DNA of 63,309 bases, counting the filler, from Reclinomonas americana ATCC 50394 (taxonomy: Eukaryota): assembly GCA_048213135.1 (NCBI GenBank). It is 5 parts of 2 records of this genome, joined end to end, with 100 filler letters (N's around TTAATTAATTAA, not from the genome) between each part and the next. Parts side by side here need not be neighbours in the genome. Positions count along the whole stretch, not along the records: positions 50,638 to 58,482 come from PS015044.1; positions 58,583 to 63,309 come from PS015044.1; 3 more parts are not named here. One strand, written 5' to 3'. The stretch's first letter is position 1. Each line of letters begins with the position of its first letter. This document shows, in pieces, positions 50,638 to 62,600 of this stretch. A model generated the notes under the pieces. That model had not been told where the DNA came from. It saw only the letters and a list, made by a program, of their open reading frames with translations, and did no database searches. A program made the position numbers and the translations under genes.

Positions 50638-53600
50638 CCATCGCTCACTTGCACAATCACCTGTAGTCCGTTGCCACTCAGACCAGCCACATTGGATCGC
50701 AAGTCGGTGCCGCTGATGTTGAACGACGCCTGATGGGTACCACCAACAATCGTGTACGTCAGTGTCTGGCCAGTGTTGGGATCAGTGGACGACAGTGTGC
50801 CGACAACGCCATTCATGGCCAGCGGGGGACTGTACGTCGAGGTGGACAGAGTCGGCGGCGTCGGCACAACGTTGGCTGTCACAAAGGCAACAGAGTGTGC
50901 GAATGAGCAGGTGCAAACGGGAAGAGGCAAAAGAACAAGCCACCTTACTGACCTTCGCTGATCGTAAATGTGGAACTCGCTGTACCACCTGCTCCATCGC
51001 TCACTTGCACAATCACTTGCAGGCCGTTGCCGGTGAGACCAGCAACATTCGACCGCAAGCTGCTGCCGCTGATGTTGAACGATCCCATGCTGGTGCCGCC
51101 CGTGATGGTGTACGTCAGCGTCTGGCCCGTATTGGCGTCTGTCGAGGCGAGAGTGCCAATGACGCCATTTGTGGCAAGTGGCGGGGTGTAAGTGCTGCTT
51201 GACAGTGTGGGCGCCGTCGGATTCACATTGGCTGCACAACAAAACAAAAGCGATGGGTTAACGAGAAACAAGAAGGACGAGCGCAGTGCGCGTCGCTCCA
51301 ACCTTCGTTGATGAGGAATGTCGCTGTGTTGGTGCCACCCGCTCCATCGTCTACTTGCACAATCACTTGGAGGTTGTTGCCCGTCAGCCCACCCACACTG
51401 GAGCGCAAATCCGTTCCACTGATGTTGAAGGATGACTGATGCGTGCCGCCAACAATCGAGTATATCAATGTCTGGCCAGTGTTCGGGTCCGACGAAGCGA
51501 GAGTGCCGATGACGCCGTTGGCCGCCAATGGTGGCACGTACACACTGGACGACAACGTTGGAATTGACGGCACCACATTGGCTGATTGGGAGGTAGATGC
51601 AGTGAGTACGTCAGACGCACAATGATTGACGCCTTTGGAGAGAGACGCACCTTCGTTAATGACAAATGTTGCAGTTGTCACACCACCAGCACCATCGCTG
51701 ACTTGCACAGTCACTTGCAGCGCGTTGCCCGTCAGGCCAGCGACATTCGAACGCAGACTCGAGCCGCTGATGTTGAACGACGCTTGATTCGCGCCACCCA
51801 CAACAGTGTACGAGAGTANNNNNNNNNNNNNNNNNNNNNNNNNNNNNNNNNNNNNNNNNNNNNNNNNNNNNNNNNNNNNNNNNNNNNNNNNNNNNNNNNN
51901 NNNNNNNNNNNNNNNNNNNNNNNNNNNNNNNNNNNNNNNNNNNNNNNNNNNNNNNNNNNNNNNNNNNNNNNNNNNNNNNNNNNNNNNNNNNNNNNNNNNN
52001 NNNNNNNNNNNNNNNNNNNNNNNNNNNNNNNNNNNNNNNNNNNNNNNNNNNNNNNNNNNNNNNNNNNNNNNNNNNNNNNNNNNNNNNNNNNNNNNNNNNN
52101 NNNNNNNNNNNNNNNNNNNNNNNNNNNNNNNNNNNNNNNNNNNNNNNNNNNNNNNNNNNNNNNNNNNNNNNNNNNNNNNNNNNNNNNNNNNNNNNNNNNN
52201 NNNNNNNNNNNNNNNNNNNNNNNNNNNNNNNNNNNNNNNNNNNNNNNNNNNNNNNNNNNNNNNNNNNNNNNNNNNNNNNNNNNNNNNNNNNNNNNNNNNN
52301 NNNNNNNNNNNNNNNNNNNNNNNNNNNNNNNNNNNNNNNNNNNNNNNNNNNNNNNNNNNNNNNNNNNNNNNNNNNNNNNNNNNNNNNNNNNNNNNNNNNN
52401 NCGAGAGCGGGGCTCGGCAGACTACTTGGACAACAGACGATGCAAACCTTCGCTGATGGTGAACGTAGACGTGTTGGTGCCGCCTGCTCCATCGCTCACT
52501 TGCACAATCACCTGCAGTCCGTTGCCACTCAGACCAGCCACATTGGATCGCAAGTCGGTGCCGCTGATGTTGAACGACGCCTGATGGGTACCACCAACAA
52601 TCGTGTACGTCAGTGTCTGGCCAGTGTTGGGATCAGTGGACGACAGTGTGCCGACGACGCCATTCATGGCCAGCGGGGGACTGTACGTCGAGGTGGACAG
52701 AGTCGGCGGCGTTGGCACAACATTGGCTATCACGCAGGCAACAGAGTGTGCAAGTGAGCGGGTGCAAAAGGGAAGAAACAAAAGAACAAGCCACCACACG
52801 GACCTTCGCCGATCGTAAATGTGGAACTCGCTGTACCACCTGCTCCATCGCTCACTTGCACAATCACTTGCAGGCCGTTGCCGGTGAGACCAGCAACATT
52901 CGACCGCAAGCTGCTGCCGCTGATGTTGAACGATCCCGAGTTCGTGCCGCCCGTGATGGTGTACGTCAGCGTCTGGCCCGTATTGGCGTCTGTCGAGGCG
53001 AGAATGCCAATGACGCCATTTGTGGCGAGTGGCGGGGTGTAAGTGCTGCTTGACAGAGTGGGCGCCGTCGGATTCACATTAGCTAGGCAAGAGACAAGAA
53101 NNNNNNNNNNNNNNNNNNNNNNNNNNNNNNNNNNNNNNNNNNNNNNNNNNNNNNNNNNNNNNNNNNNNNNNNNNNNNNNNNNNNNNNNNNNNNNNNNNNN
53201 NNNNNNNNNNNNNNNNNNNNNNNNNNNNNNNNNNNNNNNNNNNNNNNNNNNNNNNNNNNNNNNNNNNNNNNNNNNNNNNNNNNNNNNNNNNNNNNNNNNN
53301 NNNNNNNNNNNNNNNNNNNNNNNNNNNNNNNNNNNNNNNNNNNNNNNNNNNNNNNNNNNNNNNNNNNNNNNNNNNNNNNNNNNNNNNNNNNNNNNNNNNN
53401 NNNNNNCGATGGGTCAGCGAGGACAAGAGAGACGAGCGCAGTGCGCGTCGCTCCAACCTTCGTTGATGAGGAATGTCGCAGTGTTGGTGCCGCCTGCTCC
53501 ATCGTCTACTTGCACAATCACTTGGAGGTTGTTGCCCGTCAAATTCGACACAGCTGTCACGAGGCTGTTCCCACCACTGACTGAAAACAGAGACTGATTG

Positions 53601-56600
53601 GTGCCGCCAGAGACATAGTAAGTCAACGACTGCCCCGAGTTTGGGTCTGTCGACGACAGCATGCCAATGACGCCGCCAAGTGCCAGTGGCGGCACATATG
53701 TCGACGACGACAGCGTTGGTGCAGTTGGTATCACGTTGACTGCAGCCACGAGGGGTGAACAACATTGCGGATAAACAAATAAGGAACAGGATTGACTGAC
53801 GCAACGCTCATCAATGTCGAATACAAAAGAGTTCGTACCACCAGAGCTGGCCGTGACAGTGATCTCAACATGCAAGTTGTTCCCGACAAGGCCCGCGACG
53901 TTGGATCGCAGGTCCGTGCCACTAATGTTGAAGGATGCTTGGTCGGCGCCGCCCGTGATCGAGAATGTGAGCGTGTCACCAGCCATGGCAGGTGTTGCGG
54001 AGAGAGTGCCAATCACGCCATTCAGAGCACGCGGCGGCGTATACAACGTTGTCGACAAGACGGGGACCGTAGGGCTCATGTTGGCTGCAAGGAAAGAGTC
54101 AGCGCACCAATGGCGATCTCATTACAGATCATCTGCATCACACAAACCTTCCGAAATGTTGAACGTGGACGAGCGAGTTCCACCAGCTCCGTCGCTGACA
54201 GTGACAATCACTTGAAGTCCGTTGCCGGTGAGGCCAGACACACTGGAGCGTAGACTCGTGCCGCTGATGTTGAATGATGCCGAGTTGGTGCCGCCGGTGA
54301 TGGAGAAGGTCAGTGTCTGACCGGTGTTGACATCGGTTGACGCCAGAGTGCCAATTACTCCGTTCAGCGCGAGCGGCGCCACGTACAAGTTGGTGGAGAG
54401 TGTCGGCGCAGTGGGTGCCACATTGGCTGTGCTCATAGAAATGTGTGATGAAGTGGATTAGCAGTGAATGAGCGCATCGCCTTACCTTCAGATATGTTGA
54501 ACGTTGTCGTATTCACACCGCCAGCGCCGTCGCTCACTTGCACAATCACTTGCAGGCTGTTGCCAGTGAGGCCTGCCACATTGGATCGCAGGTTGGTGCC
54601 GTTGATGTTGAACGAGGAAGAGTTGGTGCCACCAACAATGGAAAATACGAGTGTCTGGCCCGTGTTCGGGTCTGTCGACGACAATGTGCCAATCACACCA
54701 TTCAACGCGAGTGGTGGGGTGTACGTGGTCGATGACAGAGCGGGAGCAGTGGGGACCACGTTGGCTGTGCAGAGCGGCGTCAGCGACTGAGACAGAGAAG
54801 CACACAGTATGAAGCACAGGAAGGCATGATCACCTTCGCTGATGGTGAACGTCGTGCTCGCCGTGCCGCCTGCTCCATCACTCACTTGCACAATCACTTG
54901 AAGGTTGTTACCCGTCAACCCAGCCACATTCGATCGCAAACTCGTGCCACTGATGTTGAAAGAAGCTGAGTTGGTGCCGCCCGTGATCGTATAAGTCAGC
55001 GTCTGGCCAGTGTTGGGGTCCGTAGACGACAGCGTTCCAATTGTTCCGTTGAGAACGCGTGGCGGAGTGTAGGTCGAGGAGGACAGCGTTGGAGCACTCG
55101 GCGCAACATTCGCTGCGAAAAGGTGAGGACATAAACCACACAGACGTCACACCGAACGGCTTAAAAAGCGGAGGGTACACGCACCCTCATTGATCGTGAA
55201 TGTCGTGCTTGCCGTTCCGCCTGCTCCATCGCTCACTTGCACAATCACTTGCAGATTGTTGCCAGTGAGGCCAGCAATGCTGGATCGCAAGCTGGTACCG
55301 CTGATGTTGAATGACGCTTGATTCGTGCCACCGGTGATCGTGTACGTGAAAGTCTGACCAGTGTTGACATCCGTCGACGCAAGGGTGCCGATCACTCCGT
55401 TCGAGGCAAGTGGCGGAGTGTACGTTGACAAAGACAGGGTCGGCGCAGTCGGATTCACGTTCGCTGCCATGGTCACGACGAATGAGTCACACACCAAACT
55501 CATAACATCACTCACAAATTCTCGCGCATACCTTCGTTGATGGTGAAGGTTGTCGTTGCCGTCAGCGTTCCGTCACTGACGCGCACAATCACTTGCAACC
55601 CGTTGCCCGTGAGGCCGGCCACATTCGATCGCAGACTGGTTCCACTGATGTTGAAGGAGGCTAGATTCGTGCCACCGGTGATGGTATAGGTGAGAGTCTG
55701 ACCGGTATTGACATCGGTTGCCGACAGCGTGCCGATCACTCCGTTTGAGGCAAGTGGTGGAGTATACGTCAACGAAGATAACGTTGGTGCCGTCGGCGCA
55801 ACATTGACTGTAACAAAAAAACAATATTAATCACGACAAACATACTACTCTATCGTTGAAAGCTTGTGGAGCACAACGCACCTTCGCTGATGGTGAACGT
55901 GGCGCTTGCCGTACCACCCGCTCCATCACTCACTTGCACAATCACTTGCAGGCCGTTGCCTGTGAGACCAGCCACATTCGAGCGCAGACTGGTGCCACTG
56001 ATGTTGAACGAAGCCGAGTTGGTGCCACCGGTGATCGTGTACGTCAGTGTTTGACCGGTGTTGACATCTGTTGACGCCAGAGTGCCGATTGCTCCATTCA
56101 GCGCAAGCGGCGGCATGTATGTCGATGAAGATAGGGTCGGCGCAGTCGGATTCACATTGGCTGCGATGGACGATGAGTATGCACAACCCAATCTATCCGA
56201 GTAAAAGGGAAGTACCTTCGCTGATCGTGAAAGTCGTGCTTGCTGAGCCGCCTGCTCCATCGCTCACTTGCACAATCACTTGCAAACTATTGCCCGTGAG
56301 GCCAGCCACATTCGATCGCAAACTGGTTCCACTGATGTTGAATGAAGCGGAGTTGGTGCCACCCGTAATTGTGTATGTCAGTGTCTGACCCGTGTTGGGG
56401 TCGGTCGACGCCAGAGTGCCGATCACTCCGTTCGAGGCAAGTGGCGGAGTGTATGTCGACGACGACAGGGTCGGTGCAGTCGGATTCACGTTCGCTGCAA
56501 CGGATACGAAGAGTGAGCAACCACGACCAACTCGTTCCCCATATCAATTGACAACACAGACCCTCATTGATCGTGAATGTTGTACTTGCTGTTCCACCTG

Positions 56601-59600
56601 CTCCATCACTCACTTGCACAATCACTTGCAGATTGTTGCCAGTGAGGCCAGCAACGTTGGATCGCAGACTGGTGCCACTGATGTTGAACGAAGCCGAGTT
56701 TGTGCCGCCGGTGATGGTGTACGTCAGTGTCTGACCAGTGTTCACATCCGTTGACGCCAGAGTGCCGATCACTCCATTCGAGGCAAGTGGTGGAGTGTAT
56801 GTCGATGACGACAGGGTCGGTGCAGTTGGATTCACGTTCGCTGCAACGGATACAAAGAGTAAGCAAACCGCGAGGAACTCGTTCTCCATAACAACCGATA
56901 ACACAGACCCTCATTGATCGTGAACGTCGTGCTTGCCGTTCCGCCTGCTCCATCACTTACTTGAACAATCACTTGCAGATTGTTGCCAGTGAGGCCAGCA
57001 ATGCTGGATCGCAAACTCGTGCCGCTGATGTTGAATGAAGCCGAATTGGTGCCACCCGTGATCGTGTACGTCAGAGTCTGACCAGTGTTGACATCAGTCG
57101 ACGCCAGAGTGCCGATCACTCCATTCAAAGCCAAAGGCGGCGTGTACGTTGACGAAGACAGGGTCGGTGCAGTCGGATTCACGTTTGCTGACATGGTCAC
57201 GACGAATGAGTCACAGAGCAAACACAGAACATCATGACTCACGGGGTCTCGCGCACACCTTCGTTGATGGTGAAGGTTGTCGATGCCGTCAGCGTTCCGT
57301 CACTGACGTGTACAATCACTTGCAAGTTGTTGCCAGTAAGACCGGCCACATTCGATCGCAGACTGGTTCCACTGATGTTGAAGGAGGCTTGATTCGTGCC
57401 GCCCGTGATCGTGTACGTCAGCGTCTGACCAGTGTTGGGGTCGGTCGAAGCCAGAGTGCCGATCACGCCATTCAGAGCCAAAGGCGGAGTGTATGTGGAT
57501 GGTGAGAGTGTTGGTGCCGTTGGCGCAACATTGACTGTAACACAAAACAGAATTAATCACGACACACATACTACTCTGTTGTTGAGAGCCGATGAAGAAC
57601 TACACACCCTCGTTGATCGTGAATGTGGTGCTCGCTGTGCCGCCTGCTCCATCACTCACTTGCACAATCACTTGCAGATTGTTGCCGGTGAGACCAGCCA
57701 CATTCGAGCGCAAGCTGGTGCCACTAATGTTGAAGGAGGCTTGATTGGTGCCACCGGTGATCGTGTACGTCAGGGTCTGACCCGTGTTTGCGTCCGTGGA
57801 TGCCAGAGTGCCGATTGCGCCATTCAGTGCGAGCGGAGGCGTGTACGTCGACGACGACAAGGTCGGCGCAGTAGGGTTAACATTGACTGTAACAACTACG
57901 TTATCAGGAGGCGACGACATGAATACAACATCAAGCCAACATGCCTTCGTTGATCGTGAAAGTGGCACTTGCTGTTCCACCAGCCCCATCGCTCACTTGC
58001 ACAATCACTTGTAGATTGTTACCAGTGAGGCCAGCAATGCTGGATCGCAAATTGGTGCCGCTGATGTTGAACGATGCTTGATTGGTGCCACCCGTGATCG
58101 TAAACGTCAGTGTCTGACCAGTGTTCACATCTGTTGACGCAAGAGTGCCGATCACTCCATTCAAAGCCAAAGGCGGAGTGTACGTTGACGAAGACAGGGT
58201 CGGTGCAGTCGGACTCACATTCGCTGCAACGGATACGAAGAGTGAGCAAACCGCGATGAACTCGTTCTCCATAACAACCGATAACACAGACCCTCATTGA
58301 TCGTGAACGTCGTGCTTGCCGTTCCTCCTGCTCCATCGCTCACTTGCACAATCACTTGCAGATTGTTCCCCGTGAGACCAGCCACATTCGATCGCAGACT
58401 GGTGCCGCTGATGTTGAAAGAGGCCTGATTCGTGCCACCCGTGATGGTGTACGTCAGGGTCTGACCCGTGTTGACATCAGTCNNNNNNNNNNNNNNNNNN
58501 NNNNNNNNNNNNNNNNNNNNNNNNNNTTAATTAATTAANNNNNNNNNNNNNNNNNNNNNNNNNNNNNNNNNNNNNNNNNNNNACTTGCCGTTCCGCCTGC
58601 TCCATCACTCACTTGCACAATCACTTGCAGATTGTTGCCAGTGAGGCCAGCAATGTTGGATCGCAGACTGGTGCCGCTGATGTTGAACGAAGCCTGATTC
58701 GTGCCGCCGGTGATCGTATACGTGAAAGTCTGACCCGTGTTGACATCAGTCGACGCCAGAGTGCCGATCACTCCATTCGAGGCAAGTGGCGGAGTGTACG
58801 TTGACGAAGACAAGGTCGGTGCAGTTGGATTGACGTTCGCTGCAATGGATACAAAGAGTAAGCAAACCGCGATGAACTCGTTCCCAAATCAATCAACCAA
58901 TAACAGACCCTCATTGATCGTGAATGTCGTACTTGCCGTTCCGCCTGCTCCATCACTCACTTGCACAATCACTTGCAGATTGTTCCCCGTGAGGCCAGCA
59001 ATGCTGGATCGCAAACTGGTGCCGCTGATGTTGAACGACGCTTGATTCGTGCCACCGGTGATCGTGTACGTCAGTGTCTGACCAGTGTTGACATCAGTCG
59101 ACGCCAGAGTGCCGATCACTCCACTCAAAGCCAAAGGCGGAGTGTACGTTGACGAAGACAGGGTCGGCGCAGTCGGATTCACGTTCGCTGACATGGTCAC
59201 GACGAATGAGTCACAGAGCAAACACAGAACATCATTACTCACGGGGTCTCGCGCACACCTTCGTTGATGGTGAAGGTTGTCGATGCTGTCAGCGTTCCGT
59301 CACTCACTCGCACAATCACTTGCAGATTGTTGCCAGAAAGACCGGCCACATTCGATCGCAAGCTGGTTCCACTGATGTTGAAAGAGGCTTGATTCGTGCC
59401 GCCCGTGATCGTGTACGTCAGCGTCTGACCGGTGTTGGGGTCGGTCGAAGCCAGTGTGCCAATCACGCCATTCAGAGCCAAAGGCGGAGTGTACGTGGAA
59501 GGTGAGAGTGTTGGTGCTGTTGGCGCAACATTGACTGTAACACAAAACAGGATTAACCACGACACACATACTACTCGGTCGTTGCAAGCTTGTGGAGCAC

Positions 59601-62600
59601 AACGCACCTTCGCTGATGGTGAATGTGGCGCTTGCCGTTCCACCTGCCCCATCACTCACTTGTACAATCACTTGCAGATTGTTGCCGGTGAGACCAGCCA
59701 CATTCGAGCGCAGACTGGTGCCACTGACATTGAACGATGCTGAGTTGGTGCCACCGGTGATCGTGTACGTCAGGGTCTGACCCGTGTTTGCGTCCGTGGA
59801 TGCCAGAGTGCCGATCACTCCATTTGAGACAAGCGGCGGAGTGTACGTCGATGACGACAGGGTCGGTGCAGTTGGGTTAACATTGACTGTAACAACTACG
59901 TTATCAGGAGGCGACGACATGAATACAACATCAAGCCAACATGCCTTCGTTGATCGTGAAAGTGGCACTTGCTGTTCCACCAGCCCCATCGCTCACTTGC
60001 ACAATCACTTGCAGATTGTTGCCAGTGAGACCAGCAATGCTGGATCGCAGACTGGTGCCACTGATGTTGAACGAAGCCGAGTTGGTGCCGCCCGTAATCG
60101 TATATGTGAAAGTCTGGCCAGTGTTCACATCTGTTGACGCAAGAGTGCCGATCACTCCATTCGAGGCAAGTGGTGGAGTGTATGTCGATGACGACAGGGT
60201 CGGTGCAGTTGGATTCACGTTCGCTGCAACGGATACAAAGAGTAAGCAAACCGCGATGAACTCGTTCCCAAATCAATCAACCACTAACAGACCCTCATTG
60301 ATCGTGAATGTCGTACTTGCCGTTCCGCCTGCTCCATCGCTCACTTGCACAATCACTTGCAGATTGTTACCCGTAAGACCTGCTACATTCGATCGCAAAC
60401 TGGTGCCGCTGATGTTGAATGACACTTGATTCGTGCCGCCGGTGATCGTATACGTGAAAGTCTGACCCGTGTTGACATCCGTCGACGCCAGAGTGCCGAT
60501 AACTCCATTCGAGGCAAGCGGCGGAGTGTATGTCGATGAAGACAAGGTCGGTGCAGTCGGATTCACGTTGGCTGATGGTGTCAATCGAATGAGTCACAGA
60601 GCAAACACATGACATCATTACTCACGGGGTCTCGCGCACACCTTCGTTGATGGTGAAAGTTGTCGTCGCCGTCAGCGTCCCGTCACTGACGCGCACAATC
60701 ACTTGCAGATTGTTGCCAGAAAGACCGGCCACATTCGATCGCAAGCTGGTTCCACTGATGTTGAAAGAGGCTTGATTCGTGCCGCCCGTGATCGTGTACG
60801 TCAGCGTCTGACCAGTGTTGGGGTCGTTCGAAGCCAGTGTGCCAATCACGCCATTCAGCGCCAAAGGCGGAGTGTATGTGGATGGTGAGAGTGTTGGTGC
60901 TGTTGGCGCAACATTGACTGTAACACAAAACAGAATTAATCACGACACACATACTACGCGGTCGTCGAATGCCTGTGGAGCACAACGCACCTTCGCTGAT
61001 GGTGAATGTCGTGCTTGCCGTTCCACCTGCTCCATCACTCACTTGCACAATCACTTGCAGATTGTTGCCGGTGAGACCAGCCACATTCGAGCGCAGACTG
61101 GTGCCACTGATGTTGAACGATGCCGAGTTGGTGCCACCGGTGATCGTGTACGTCAGGGTCTGACCCGTGTTTGCGTCCGTGGATGCCAGAGTGCCGATTG
61201 CGCCATTCAGCGCGAGCGGAGGCGTGTACGCCGATGACGACAAGGTCGGCGCAGTAGGGTTAACATTGACTGTAACAACTTCGTTATCAGGAGGTAACGA
61301 CATGAAAACAACATCAAGCCAACATGCCTTCGTTGATCGTGAAAGTGGCACTTGCTGTTCCACCAGCCCCATCGCTCACTTGCACAATCACTTGCAGATT
61401 GCTACCCGTGAAGCTGAGAAGGTTTGACCTCAAACTGGTGCCACTGATGTTGAACGAAGCCGAGTTGGTACCGCCGATGATGGTGTACGTCAGTGTCTGA
61501 CCAGTGTTGACATCCGTCGATGCAAGAGTGCCGATCACATTGTTCATGGAAAGCGGCGGAGTGTATGTCGTCGGTGATAACGTCGGCGTGGTCGGATTCA
61601 CGTTGGCTGATTTGAGAACAAGAAGCATAGTGAGAATACGTCACATGACGACGAGCCAAAACATGCTCAAACATCACCTTCGTTGATGGTAAATGTTGTG
61701 GTCGCCGTCAGCGTTCCATCGCTGACGCGCACAATCACTTGCAACCCGTTACCCGACAGGCTAGCGACATTTGATCGCAAACTGGTGCCGTTGATGTTGA
61801 ATGACGCTTGATTCGTGCCGCCCGTAATCGTGTAGGTGAGAGTCTGACCAGTGTTGGGGTCGGTCGAAGCCAGAGTGCCGATCACGCCGTTCAGAGCAAG
61901 AGGCGGCGGGTACGTGGATGGTGAGAGTGTTGGTGCCGTTGGCGCAACATTGACTGGAACACAAAATAGGATTAACCACGACACAAATACTACTCGGTCG
62001 TTGAAAGCTTGTGGAGCACAACGAACCTTCGCTGATTGTAAATGTTGTGCTTGCCGCTCCGCCCGCTCCATCGCTCACTTGCACAATCACTTGCAGATTG
62101 TTGCCGGTGAGACCAGCCACATTCGATCGCAGACTGGTTCCACTGATGTTGAAAGAGGCTTGATTCGTGCCGCCCGTGATCGTGTACGTCAGCGTCTGAC
62201 CAGTGTTGGNNNNNNNNNNNNNNNNNNNNNNNNNNNNNNNNNNNNNNNNNNNNNNNNNNNNNNNNNNNNNNNNNNNNNNNNNNNNNNNNNNNNNNNNNNN
62301 NNNNNNNNNNNNNNNNNNNNNNNNNNNNNNNNNNNNNNNNNNNNNNNNNNNNNNNNNNNNNNNNNNNNNNNNNNNNNNNNNNNNNNNNNNNNNNNNNNNN
62401 NNNNNNNNNNNNNNNNNNNNNNNNNNNNNNNNNNNNNNNNNNNNNNNNNNNNNNNNNNNNNNNNNNNNNNNNNNNNNNNNNNNNNNNNNNNNNNNNNNNN
62501 NNNNNNNNNNNNNNNNNNNNNNNNNNNNNNNNNNNNNNNNNNNNNNNNNNNNNNNNNNNNNNNNNNNNNNNNNNNNNNNNNNNNNNNNNNNNNNNNNNNN

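Noticed and set aside
31322-58538. Palindromic TTAATTAATTAA occurring four times
   Set aside because: Always embedded in N runs; an artificial linker. Gene adjacency across these points has no biological meaning.
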